From the NCBI GenBank assembly GCA_036172245.1, contig JAYWIR010000004.1, positions 4,340,001 through 4,404,000 of the forward strand: a DNA stretch of 64,000 nt, read 5' to 3'. Shown here one piece after another: positions 1 through 12,900 of this stretch (its first letter is position 1; each line of letters starts with the position of its first letter). The translations under genes were made by a program, and so were the position numbers. The notes below the pieces were generated by a model that had not been told where the DNA came from, made no database searches, and was given only the letters and a program-made list of their open reading frames with translations. The stretch comes from Raillietiella orientalis (lineage: Eukaryota).

Positions 1-2459
1 AAGAGATCAGCGTCCTCAGTGGATGGTGGGTGTGTCCACGCAGGACAGCAAGGTATCGAGACAAAAGATATAGTTTGCTGTAGCCTGGTAGATGGCCCTT
101 GAAAGTTCTGCTGGCAACCTGGAGGTGGGTGACAACCAGCTCTGGTCGGCATGTTTAAGAGACTGAACCACTGGACAACCATGCGTGTGTTTTGGAAACC
201 GTGATGTGGCACGGCTCGAACAAGGTCTTCTGCAGATCTTATTAGGGCATGCTAGTAAAGATGCTGGCCTTCTGCTCATGTTACAGTGTGCGCAGGCTTT
301 CATTTGCCATCACGCAAATTAACACGCCTAGAAGAACAGCGACCCTGATCTGCGATGATTCGTCTTCGAAGTTGTGTGTATATTCTGTCTTTGAGCGGAG
401 AAAGTGTGTGCACCGACCGCAGTCTGTGCAAGGATTTTAGAGTGACAGAGATGTTGCAGGTAGACGCAAGTCCATCACCGCAGCACCCACGATGCGGTTT
501 GCATCAGCTAGGCCGTTCGTGGTTTTCTGGCGAGCGTATCCTGAAAGCTTCCTCTTCTCAGTATGCGTGTTTTTTTTTTGTGTGTTTTCCGTGGTTCGAT
601 TTTGTTGCACGTCTTCATCATTTGTTTTTGTTTTGTTGTTTTCATTCGGAAGCCGAAACTTTGCCTGCTCTCCAGGGCTTTTTGTTGATGAAGAAGACGC
701 ATTCATTGTAAAATATTCATGCAAAAAGGAAAAGAAAACAAAAAAAAGGCAATCACACTTTTTGAAGACTTCGTAAGATGCGCAGTACCTATCTGATGGA
801 TCAACTTTCCTTCTCGCGGTTTTGTGTTTGAGCGGTTGGAATTCGTTCTTTTTATGTCACTGTTTATGCCATTATCGTTTGATGCGAATGCAGTGCTGCT
901 TTTAGTCAGCTCGTTCACCCGTGTGCTACTAAAGATGCTTTATTAATTCGCTCCCTTAGTTACCAACTCGGCGTTAGCTTCCAGGTATCGAGTTGTTGTT
1001 TGGTAATGGCATCTCTCTCCAGTGCCATCACGTTATAGTTTCGAACGTGTGTTTGACGATCTGTTTCCACACACCCCTTTCTACCTTCTGTTTGCTTTGC
1101 TCAGGAAACTTGTTTATAAAGCAATAAGTTTGGAAAGCCAGCTTAATCTTGACCGACTTTCTTGTAATTATATTTTTGGATCTACCGAGTAGTCACTCGT
1201 TTCAGCAGTTTTTTGAGCTGAGGAGGCAAGTGGTGTGTGCCTGATTACAAAGACTTTACTGCTTCAGATCCAGCTGAATTGAGCTTCAAGGGGATGTAAT
1301 AAAGACTCCTTCTCGCTACGAATTGCGGGCTATCCATACAAAGAAAGGAACTTCAAATGCGAAATTCTTAAACATTTAAATAACATCCTGTACATTGTGT
1401 CGCGTTCGTATCGGTGCACAGCAGTCGGCTTGCCATGATCCGAAGAATCATCTCAGTGTATGTTGCACGCTCATGATGCACGTGTGAGAGCTACACGGAT
1501 CGTTCCTCCGAGAGTGAACGAAGAAGGGGGCGGCATGCAAACCAATTTTGATGTTTCTGTCAAAGACAAGATTCTTTGAGCATTCTTATTTACTGTAGTA
1601 GCCGCCACACTGTATGTACCCGAATTTGCCATGATTTGCGTTGCTCCTGTGCTCCTATCCAAACGTTCTTATTCCTGGGTTGAACTGAATGGCATGCGCC
1701 AGCGTCCAGAGTCTTGGACTTGAGCTTGCATTGCAACCACATCACCGAATCGGCGAGGCGAATGCAATGCAAAAACTGCTTCGGTGATGATTCCCTTTTG
1801 TTTTTGTTTTTACGTTAGCCATGCACATCAGTCATGAGCATTGGCAACGTTCCTAAGCATCAAAAGTTCGGCTTCCGTGACTTTCCACATTGAAGTCCTC
1901 CCCGAATATTTCGCTGTAAGTTTTCATTCATTAAATGCAGCGCTCGAGCTGATGGCGCGAACTTCTTCCCCAAGCATTTTTGGCACTTTTCGATGGCACC
2001 CAACGAAGATCGGATTCTACTTTCTTAGGGTTTCTCCCTTGCTACTCTGAAGTAAACATTTCGCTTCTCAGCATCCTTGCACCAGCAGTTGAGTTTTAAT
2101 ACTTGGAGCCAATAGTTGAATGGCTGGCAAGTTGTTTGCTTCATTAAATCTATTATGATATCGTCATTAAATCTATAATGATTCGGCCCGATCAAATTAT
2201 GCTAAACCAAGTGGGTTATCATTGGATGTTGGCCTTTGTAGTAGTGAAAACTCTTGTGAAAAGCTTACGTGTTGAATGCATGTGATTCTTCGTACGCAGA
2301 GTACAGTTTGGTCTTTGGACTTTCCTTCCGATTGCCATGTGACTCCTTTGTGCTGCCACTGAGTGGTTTCCTTCGAGGAGGTTCTTCTGCGAACACAACA
2401 TGTAGCACGCCAGCGACGTGCATTTTGACTGCTAGCCATTAGGCAATTTACGTTTCAAA

Positions 2460-2490
2460 GCACCAAGGCTGTACTCGGCAGCCTTGGTGC
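2460..2490. repeat. Perfect 12-bp inverted repeat GCACCAAGGCTG-N7-CAGCCTTGGTGC
   Basis: Read directly from the sequence. Confidence 0.9.
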
Positions 2491-3288
2491 GTTTGGTATC
2501 GATGTTACACATAGCGTGCTTCCTCTGTTCCTCGCCTCGTCTGGTTCGGTTCACATCCGTTTCTGGTCTGTCACGTGGTACTATCCCGTAGTGTCTTTTT
2601 TCCGCGTCGTCACCCAGGATGCGGAGGATTGGGAGCCGACTTCTGTAAGTCGCATCTTCGCTGAAGGTCCTCTGACTTGATGATTATTGATTTTACTGAT
2701 AATGCGGACCGCGTTTCGTTTCATGGGTGCAGCTCCGTTTGGCGATCTTTAGTGCGTAGTTCTCGACTGCGTCGCCAGCCGCGAACAGGAAAGCAACTGA
2801 GGAGAGACGAGCATCATCGCACGCAAGCATCATCACTGTCAGTTTTCTTTTTCAGCGTTGTTTTGCGGTCTGCAACGAGATGCCAACTACCCCCTTTGAA
2901 GCAGACTGCTGCTGTCTGTTGATCTCATCGGGTAGATTGCTTTCAAGTGTCTGCACATGACAGAACATCTTCGTTGTGATGGTGTCGATTCGTGATCATC
3001 GTACGTGCGGTATTTTAAGTAGCCTCGCTCTGCTGTCGTTGGTCGCTGTGTTTTTTTTTTTTTTCCTGTTTTTACAGACTGTACGATCATTTCCTACCCT
3101 GGATTCGCACTATCTGTCTCATGTGAAAATGTGATCCTCAGGATGCAGTTTTTCGATCCTTGACCTTGAAACCAATGTTCTTAAGCACCAACAGATGTGA
3201 AAATGAACGCAGCTTTCTTTTGACACGTTTATTTTTTTTTGTCACATTTCCTTGCGCCTTTGGACAGTGACTTTTCCTCATTCGATGA

Positions 3289-3290
<2 letters not shown>

Positions 3291-3339
<49 letters not shown>
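3291..3339. repeat. (TG)n microsatellite, about 24 units
   Basis: Uninterrupted TG run seen directly. Confidence 0.97.
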
Positions 3340-3341
<2 letters not shown>

Positions 3342-3827
3342 AACGCTAATGCGTTCTTAAAAACCAGTTCATTTTTCGATGTTAGGCACCACAAGTATTA
3401 TTCTGTCGATCCTCACCGGTAACCTTCCGAATCCTTCGGTGTTGTCAGGTGCGAGCATCCTCATGTAACATACGTGCGTCAGTTACGTTCCCGAATTCAG
3501 TTGCTGGGATGTTCGTTGTGGCCACGCAATGTTCACTGCCTGAAAGTAATTTGGCTTTTATTTTCCAAGAGGGTTCATGTGATCACGCGTGTTGCGGGCT
3601 GTTCGCGAAGTTTAGATGTGTCCGTGTCCCTGCTGTCGGATGCGTTCTTTGATCAGATAAAAGGTTGATGGATCCCTGCGGTTAGGAAGGTTGTGAGTTC
3701 TTCGCGGTCTCAGAGAGGCAAAGCCACATCTCTTGAGCGGAAAAGCATAGAGCGAAAACATAAAACCACCTCCGCAGACCGGCCTTTGCAAGAAATGCAC
3801 GATTTAAAAATGGGAATCTTTTTCCAG

Positions 3828-3917
3828 GAGTGACCATCGTTCATGCTGACAAAACGGAAGCTCTCAGCCGTGTGCAGAAATTGAAGAAGCGCATCAGCCG
3901 CAGTTTTGGACGACTCT
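3828..3917 (+). CDS. CDK14: CDK14 N-terminal exon (G)[29 protein letters not shown](S)
   Basis: tttttccag acceptor and gtaagt donor, phase 1/1. Resembles the Eip63E motif QKLKKRLSHSFGRL. Too short for the ORF track. Confidence 0.85.
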
Positions 3918-6900
3918 GTAAGTATCCTTATTTTCGATCCTTGAAGGGTTTTCCGTGAGTGTGTTAAAACGGCAGAGCCAAGAAGAACGCTCGCTGCCTC
4001 GTGTTAGAAGAGGCGCAGATGCATGTTAAAAATAAGTGCTGGCGTTCACTGGGCGCCCGCTTTGTACGAACGAGGGGGGGATCAAGGGAATTTTTTTTTT
4101 TTTTTCTTGTCAGCGCTCTCAAATAGGTAGTCTCTTGAAAAGACGAGTCCGTGTGTCTGCGATTCATTTGCATGAGCGGTGCGAACCCTGCATCTCGCGG
4201 GGTTGATTTGCCACTCTGATTTCGGGTACCAAGTTGTGGTATCAAGCGTTGCGGGTTCGAATCCCCACTCGGAGCAATCGTTAGTCCTTCCCGATGCGAG
4301 AGCCGCGTGCGCGTGTTACTCGCAGACTCTCCGCTTCCTAACCGGGCAGCCCGCGGAAACAGCAGCGTTTCCAAAGTTCCTCGCCCGCGAATGGCTCGGA
4401 ACGTTGCGTTCCTCGCTCGCAAGAGGAAAGTAGCTGATGCGGTAACCTTGCCGATAATGTATCCTTCGGATTTATCGCGAAAGATCCCCGTCCCCGTGGC
4501 TTGGCACGAATGCGACCCACTCAAGCCGGGAGATTTGGCTTCGGCATGACCTGACGCTGCTCGCGAACGAAAAGTTCGAAGGCGGGGGAATTGAGTGCTT
4601 CTTGTGTTCTCGGTGCAATCTATAATAAAATGGCTGTGCCGTCGTCTTTCTGTATCGTAGCAACAGTGGGAATATCCTAACTGCAATTCAGCTGCTTTCT
4701 TTCTCCAACACTTTATTGGCTGTTAATTTTTTGTGGTTATTGGTAGTGCAACGTGGCTTAGAGTGCACAGAGTCGGCATCAAAGGGGATGTTGCTGTGGC
4801 CGACCCTTGCCATGGTTCCATTTCCTCTGTTTCTTGCCCCTGGCCTTTTCACGTCTAAAGTTTCTTTCCCCGGAGAGCTGAATCGAAGGTGAATGATTTC
4901 AGTCAGAGCAATGGAATGTGGTCTTGGAACCATCGTTGGCACTGACTGCGGGTGTGTGAATGCGTCAATGATTTTCGATTCACGTAAGCGTTGACCCGTG
5001 ACTCGACCGTTTAAGCCGAATTACGTGCGTTCCTCCTCATATGATGCAGTACTTCTCTCATGTACCTGTCGTCTCTTTTGAGTTCGCTGCATTGTCTTCC
5101 GCTCGGAAAGCATTGATTTTTTGTAGCTCATAATGAGGAATTTTTCTTGAGTTTTCGAGTGCAAATAACTTTTCTGTCTATAATTAGAAGTTATTACATT
5201 CGTTTGTTTCTCCAGTGGAACATCCAAGGCGTCCGCGTGCACCCATTGGAAGTAAAGAGAGCACATGAGCAATTTTCCAGCTTGAGGGCCGTATGGTCGC
5301 CATTTCTCTTTCGTTGTTGTGTGTGTCGCCCTATTTTAATAGGGCCTATTTTAATAGGGATTTTCGTGCTTTCGAGATGTGTTGCTTGGAAGCCCCGGGA
5401 ACTTTCGACGAACACCTTTCATAACAAGAAATCACGGTCGGTCTATTCTTGAAGGCAAGGTAATTTATTTACTTTTGAAATTAGAAGTCGGTCAACTTCG
5501 TCGATCTGCTCTTCTTCATCCATACAGTTCTCTTTCGAGTGTCTTTTCGCGTGAAAGCGCGTTTGCAATCCAGAATTCCTGTGAAAGTGCTCCGGGATGG
5601 GTTTATCGAAGAGGTGGAGTCATGTCGGAAACTGGCGGTCGGGGCAGAAGATTTTAATGTGGACCTTCATCAGCAGCGAGCAGCAATGCTGCGCTTGCGC
5701 CCTTTGCCATACCATCGATGATGTGCTTTCGTTTTATTCCTACAAAGGATAGCGATCACACCTTTCGTTCTTTTCTTTTTCCCGAGTTTGTGCAGTCGAT
5801 CCGTTTCATCTTGGGACATCCATCCATCTTGCGTGTTCCTTTCGTGTTTTTTGCCCGTATGCTTGCTTGGATTCCCACGAATTCTCCATTGCTCTTATGC
5901 AAATTACGCTTCCAATATTGATTTTATGGTTCTGAGCAAAGTATGAAAAAGTTTTTGTTGCTAACTCTTTTATGTGCTGCTGTTGGTTTTCCTCCTGGAT
6001 GCATTGCATGCTTTCATGATGACTAATTCATGAATTAGCGTAATCAGTTAACCGTGCAGCTGCTTCAGTTTTAACAGCTTCTTCTTCTAAAGTGCACAGT
6101 GAAGCGGACGCAAGAAAAATCCAAGGCTTCATGTGGACGACGGTCGAGGACGAAGATGTACGTGCTTGACATGATTCGTTCAAGTTGTTACCCACATTAG
6201 GCGGTGTCTTGTTTTCAAATCCGGTAATGGCTGCACGCTCGCTAATTGACGTATTGCTAGCAAATGCCTCGTCTCCTCCCCCCAGTTTAGCTCAATTTCT
6301 TAAAAAATTAAGAACTGCAAGCACATTCGAAATTCTAGTGGTATTGTGAACTTGGGAGAAACGTGTGAATAGAATCATTTCGACAGCGCATGCTGACTAT
6401 TCCCGTGGGTGCTCGGTTTGAGATAGCCTCCCTGGTTCGTTCTTGCTGAGGTATGGGCCGTTCTTCAGCGACGAGCTGTACATCGTCCACACTGCAAAAT
6501 AGGTGCATTTGTTTTGTCTTGTACTGCTTTGATTTTGTTGTCATGGGCGACTGTTTGAAAAACTTGTCTCTTGTTCGTCATGGTCACGAACCGATCAAAG
6601 CGTTTGTTGCTGTTCTTTCCCTGTCGAAGCTCTTTTCCGTGTGTCAAAGTTCTGTCTACCCCAAGGCTCTTCAGGAAACAGACTCAAAAAAAGCTTTCGG
6701 AATGAAACCCGAACGTACTTCGGAGCTGCGCAGCGCGTGTTTTGAAACGGCCTTGTCTGTTGTTCTTGAGGAAGAGGAAATCTTGCCGTCCCTGTTTTCA
6801 AGCAACGGTGGCATCGTTTCCATGCTTCACTCAGGGACCTGAGAACGGTGACGACGTCTTGGGATAAGAAGGACTTGGTAGATTTTGGATTCTAATGTTT

Positions 6901-9900
6901 TTAGTGTACGAGGATTTCTGCAGCAAGGAAGGTTGTGGGAATGAGTGTTTTCAAGCACGGTTTCTTATAGTAGCCTTCCATAGAAGAAATAAATAGATGT
7001 CACTTGTCACTCGTATTGGATCAGTCTTTTTTTCTGTTGGGTGATTAATGACTTGAACTGAAGCTCTTATATCGGCCTAAGCTGAATTGATAAAATCGTG
7101 ATGTATCCATAAAAAATCCCTGCTTTCAAAGTTGAACGACGTGGCCGTGCAACCAAGTCTTTCTTAAAATCCTCTGGAGTTTATTGAAACCATCTGCTTC
7201 CAGAACTCTTTTATTTGTATACCTTTTGGGCAGGAAATTGCGTGAATCGTGCAACTACATTACAACTATCTGAATTCGTCCAGTAGATCGTTTGAGTGTT
7301 AGAGGAATCGTACACGCTATTCCCAATTAATAGAATCGTGCAGCACACTGTCTCATACTAAGATGTTATGAAGTCGAACCCGAAAGTGCAGAGTCCATGG
7401 ATTGTCCATTAACAGTTTATCAATTCAGATGTATTCAAAAAGGCTCCATCGATAACTGATGTACATTTTGTGCTTTTTCAAGGTCTCATCTGTTTGTAAA
7501 TGACGTCGAAAAGCTCGAAGATCGTATTTCCAGTTGAGTGTTTGGTGTCGTGTGAATCAGTCCAGAGGGTTGGTTGTCTTTTCTGTCTGACTCATGCAAT
7601 TGAAATAGCAGTTCGTATTGCAGCGAACTTTTTTTCTTGCGCTATTCTGTTCCCATAATGCATATAACGTTTGTCGTGGTTCTTGACAGTAGCTTGCGTT
7701 GTAGAATGCTCAGCTCATCAGAAGAGTGAGCGACATGGATTAGTAGATGAGACCACATTCTCATCCCTTTGAGTAGATGTTCCCATTGAGAAACCAATGA
7801 CTCTATTTTTGCAGTTTCAGATGTCAAGTTGACGTGAACACATTAGGCCAGCAACTCTGGATGGCTGTGTTGTTGTTTTCCAAGTGTAGTCGGGTAGCTT
7901 GTCTTCCAGTAGCGAGTGTTGTCTCCTTCAGTGCATTTCATGTTGATTTTCTTTGACCCGTAGAAAGCAAATGCCCCTCATTTGAAAGTTGTCTACGTAA
8001 GTGGTGGAATTGAACAGAAGCAGATGGGTTTATCATGTTTCTCAGAGAGTAAGATAACATATAGCTGTGGGCTTGAAAGCAAATAGGAGTAAAATTTAGT
8101 GCAGTGTAAAGTTCATTTTCGGTCTGATTGTACAGTGATGCCGGCCTTGCTGTCTGCATTTTTAGATTCCATTCGTTGTAGATGCGGTGGTGGTGCGAGA
8201 AAATTTTCAATTTTCTCAGTCGTGCTTCAGTCCCTTGCAAAGCTGGAGCAAAGTGGGGAGGAATGTCTCATTTTTCATACACGAACTCCGGACAATAAAG
8301 ACCCTGCTTGAAAACCTCAGTTTTGTTCAGGAAATGATTCGGATTTCAAAAAAAAAAAAAATTTTTCCTGCCTCAAGGGAATAGCGCTGATTGAATGAAA
8401 TTTCGTATCTGTTAAGTGTGAAAGCATTCCTTCAGTCGCAACGACCAGTATCACATTACTTTCGATGCAAAGGAAACTGTATCGTTTGGTCACACTGGGC
8501 AGGCAGCTTGCTGCGAGATAATTATATGCTGACCAATCGTTTTTTTTTTTTTTTTTTTTTTCCGTGACAGTTTACCTAGCTTATAGGTCTAAAATCCGGA
8601 AAACTACGTACAACTTAGTACGCAGTGTGGATCCTGAAGCCACCCCAGGTTCGTGTGTATCGAACAATTTCTTCTCTAAATTTGAGCATGGCATGGAATT
8701 TAGCTGAATCACTCGAAAGATTTTAAGCAATTTCTATTTATGGTTGATAAATGGAACATGAAGAAAATCTCATAACTTCACGTGCATGTAGGGCAAGGAA
8801 AGTAAAGAACAACGACATCACGTTTTCTGTTTAAGGTTGGGACGCTGAATTTCTTTATCCCTCGTTGTTTACTACTTGTATGGATGTTCTCTCTTTCGAG
8901 GCTAATTAGAAATGAGGGTAAAGGAAGCAAGGTCCCCTGGCAAAGTTTCGGTTCCGAATTTGAACATTGTAAGGGTTCTTAAGCATTTTGTCTGCCAGCA
9001 TCCGAAGCATTACAGTGGAGACGTTCGACATCCGTTCTAGTGTCTCTGTATTCATGACGAAAAATGTCCTCTATTTCCAATATTCCGTGATTTGAGAACA
9101 AAGTCACGTCTGATTCTAATGCAATTTAAAATTCGATTTTATTTAGCTAAGCACTTTCATGGATCGACTGGTTATGCTTCACCATCACTGCTGGTGCACA
9201 GAACTGGGAGAAACATTACGAGAGTCAACTGCTGAAGTCAGCATTCTGCACGTAGAATCAAATGCCGCTAAACGCAATCCAAAATTTATAGATATGGTGT
9301 CATAAAACTTAGTGCACAACTGAGTGTGAAAGTCGATGTTTACACTGTTGCACGACGAAATCCCCAACACACGTGACTTGTAGCTTCTTCCGCATTCGTA
9401 CACTATTTAGAAGTGATCTCCTTTCCTGTAATCCATTCGAACGGGCTCCCGCCAGTTTTGTTTTCATCAGTGAATCGGTGATGATTCGGTGAAGTTTCGA
9501 TCGGTTTCCTCCTTTCCATGAATCCGGGTAGAGTGGTTCCAAAATAAATTTCCGTTTCATCTTCTCATCGTGAACATCACAGTGTTGCAGGAGGAATGCT
9601 CTCCTTGCAGCTCAATGGGAACATTTTGTGGGATGAAATTTTTCATTTTGATTATGTGCATTTCCGACGAAATGGGAATTTTAGCAGCATACGAGCGGAT
9701 CAGCTCTGGATTTCCCCGGGTCGGGATGTCTTTTTTCTCTTAGTCACCCAGAACTGCTTTCAAATTTTCTTTTCCCTGTTGGAGATCCACAGTCTGTTTT
9801 CGTGGCATCCCTTAGTGGTCACAGAATAATAGCACTTTCTTCTTTTCATTTTTCCCTGCATTTCAATTTCACCGACCCGAAGGCAATGCTTCCTTGCAAG

Positions 9901-12900
9901 ATTGTCAAAGTGAGCTCTTTGTGAAGCGTCTTTATAGTGGTCGGGGAGTCAGTTGTCGGCCTCCCCTAATCAAACTCCAAAGTGATCCTTAAAATTCTTT
10001 CCATCTCAAAATGAAAGGAAGACCTTGTTGTAGATTCAGGGACGTAAGAACGAGTGTCTCTTCATGATGAAACAGTACAACCCGCAAAACGTCGGAATCG
10101 TTGAATTTGCTGTTGGTTCGGGTTGTTCGCTGTTTCCTTTACAAAAAAAATAGAATAAATAAATGTTGCTAAAAAAAAAACTGTGTTCCCCCCCCCGTAA
10201 AGACCATCGTGTTTTGAACTTTGAAAATGGCTGCTGCAGCGAATTTCGGGCCGCACTCCTTTCGTCCGAATTTCCCTTCGAACGAAGTGCGTCTCCATTC
10301 GCTTCCTCATGAATTCGTCATGCGTCATCCATGTTCCCTGCTCTTGCGTTCCGGGAACTCGCTCTCGTCTCGTTTCCATAATCTCCCTGAAATTTCCCGT
10401 GCGTTGAACTTGATGCAAGAGCAGGAATTCTTTCCCTGCCTGGCCTGCCGACTTGGTATGTGTGCTATCTGGTGGGTCCTGCATCTGTTCGACGTGGATC
10501 ATTTCGAAATTTTTCTATCTGCATTTAGCCGTGTTGAGGAAAGTCGTCCAGAATTTCCCGTTCCTTCCCCAACAGGAGGAAGTTTTTTTTTTTTTTTTTT
10601 TGTCTTTTTTCCCGTCGTAATTGAGGAAGGGGAAACTCGTGGAATCCACGAGGGTGGCTCGATGGCTCTGGTCTCAGCGTGGTCTCCCGAAGAAGGCAGC
10701 TGCGTGGAGGCCACGTTCTCAAATCTGCAAACTCCCTGTCGCCCTGAAATCGTGCGATGGTTTCGATTTCGGGAATGCTTATCCAATCAACCGATGTAAC
10801 TGGCACGAGGAATTATGGTATTATGGGGAAGAGGAATCAAGTCTCGTCTCGTAAACAAATGAATTGAAACTGCGGATGCTGCTGAGGTAAACCGGGAAAA
10901 ATTCATCAGGATCATAAGCGTAGGATGTAGCAGCTTCCAAGTAACGATCCCAGAACAGCAAGCACCCTCGAGGAGTTTATAAAGCATTTGGAAATATACG
11001 AAATTCTTGTGCATAAGAGTCCTTGAATCATTGATTAGCTTAGACGCGAGCGATAATCCATCACTGGCACCGGTCAGAATTAGAAACTTTTTTCACGCTT
11101 ATTTTCAATTGATACACGCGGTGACAAAGAAGAAGTGGTCTTTGCATGGAGATGGATCGGATGCAGTACATGCGGGATAAATGTTTTGAGGATGAATATT
11201 CCCGTCTCTCTCCCGTTGCACGCTTATTGGTTCGAGAATGCCATCAGCGGCGTGTGCTCTCAAACTCTTGGGATGGTGGTCACCTTTCGGTCATCATACA
11301 CCAGGATACGTACCAACCGCGCGAAGGTTTAGGAATTGCAAATGTGGACTCTGAAGGACATTCGTCTCACTTCCGGTGTACTTGGTGCACTTCATTTCAT
11401 TAAGAATAGTACGATTCAAATGAAGACAGGCGCCGCCGGTTCGAACCGTGGACACCATCGTTGTCGCTGTAGATGAAAGAATTTGGAACTCTTTCCATCA
11501 GGAAAAAAAATAGCCTCATGGAAGTACCACTGAGCAGATGCTCTTGAGTTTTCTTCAGCATCCTCCTATAATGGTATTCTGTCTCCACGTTGATCTGTCA
11601 TACAATGCATTGTATTTCGCAATGGCATTGTGTTTGTAAAAGCTTAGAGTAGCGCACGGTCAGTCGTGTACACGATATCAGTGTATTAGCAGATTTGGTT
11701 TCCATTATTTATTAGCGAAATTGTTTCGTGGTCTGTGTACATTTTCAGTATCGATACGGATTGGTTCGTTTGATTTAGGAATGTCACCTGGAAATGGGCT
11801 CCTCACTTGTAGTAATGTGAACGTCTTTCTGCTGAAACAACACTTTTTGTTGCCATTTTTAAGCTTTCTTGTATTTGACCATACTGTTATGGGTTTTCTC
11901 CATTGACGACTCAAGGTGTATGATCAAGTTTGATGTAAGAGACCGTTTGTTGGAAACGTGGAAACTAGGAGGATGCAGGAATTTCAAGGCAAATGTTCGC
12001 CCTTCCTGCGTGAAACTTGTCTTTCCTAAGGGATATCTGAAAAATATCTATCGGTTGAAAATTGAGAATAGAAAATGCTCAATAAAAATGTTTCCTTGGT
12101 TGGTTGGCTGGCGTTTCCTTTGTATCTATCATTCTTTTATGGCACTTTCATGGTATCCTCTATGCAACACAACTTGGGTTCAAAACACGCTTTTTCGGTC
12201 CAACTTAAACAATGGATGCTTCCGCAGTTTCAGCTCATCACTAGATGAAGAACGTGAAAAGCATCCTTTCATCCGGCTGCACATGTGAAAAACTTAGGAT
12301 GTGTTTTTTTTTTTTTTTTTTTTCCTTCAAATATGCAAGATGTGAAGACGATGTTTGTCAGGGAAGTCGAATTGTTTCGAAAACAAAAAGTTCATCGAGC
12401 TAGGACTGTGGTGACCACTGTATTACAGCGAGGAATTAGTGTCTTTGGCCCACACTGTGAAATCGGTTTCCTTATTTGTTTATTTCTTTACTTGGTTATC
12501 CTTAAAGTCTAAATAAGTGTGCCCAAGCAAAACTGTGGTAAAATTGCTTTGTTATTGCAACAGTTTGAATCACTAAAAGCACAATTCTGGATAAGCTAAT
12601 TGGGACATCCTTTAGCTCAAAAGGAACGAAGTTGTTCAGGAGCGAAGAAGAGCCACAGAAGCACTTATGATTATCTCGATGCTTTTGATTCTGTAGTTAC
12701 TAAGTACTGCTCTAAAACTTCAGATTCTCCTTTACTTTAAATTCGTAAGCACAGTATCACTGCAAGGGTGTTACAAATGCTTGTGAACGGTCTTCTTAAC
12801 CTTTCATCTGTCTGCCTGGCGCAGCAAAAGTTTGTGATTTGTTTCTTCTTGTGTGTAAGTTGTCTGCTGTTGTAGTACATCATGTGATCAAAGTTTGAAC

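Noticed and set aside
16..303. 95-aa minus-strand ORF at the window start
   Set aside because: No recognisable homology or splice support, and it sits at the window edge so context is missing.
719..772. ATG...GACTTC|gtaag as the CDK14 first exon
   Set aside because: It ends in phase 0, incompatible with the phase-1 exon at 3828, and no bridging exon was found.
4200..4275. Possible tRNA (GGTTCGAATCC B-box at 4254-4264)
   Set aside because: The T-stem is imperfect and no acceptor, D or anticodon stems can be built; at most a decayed SINE head.
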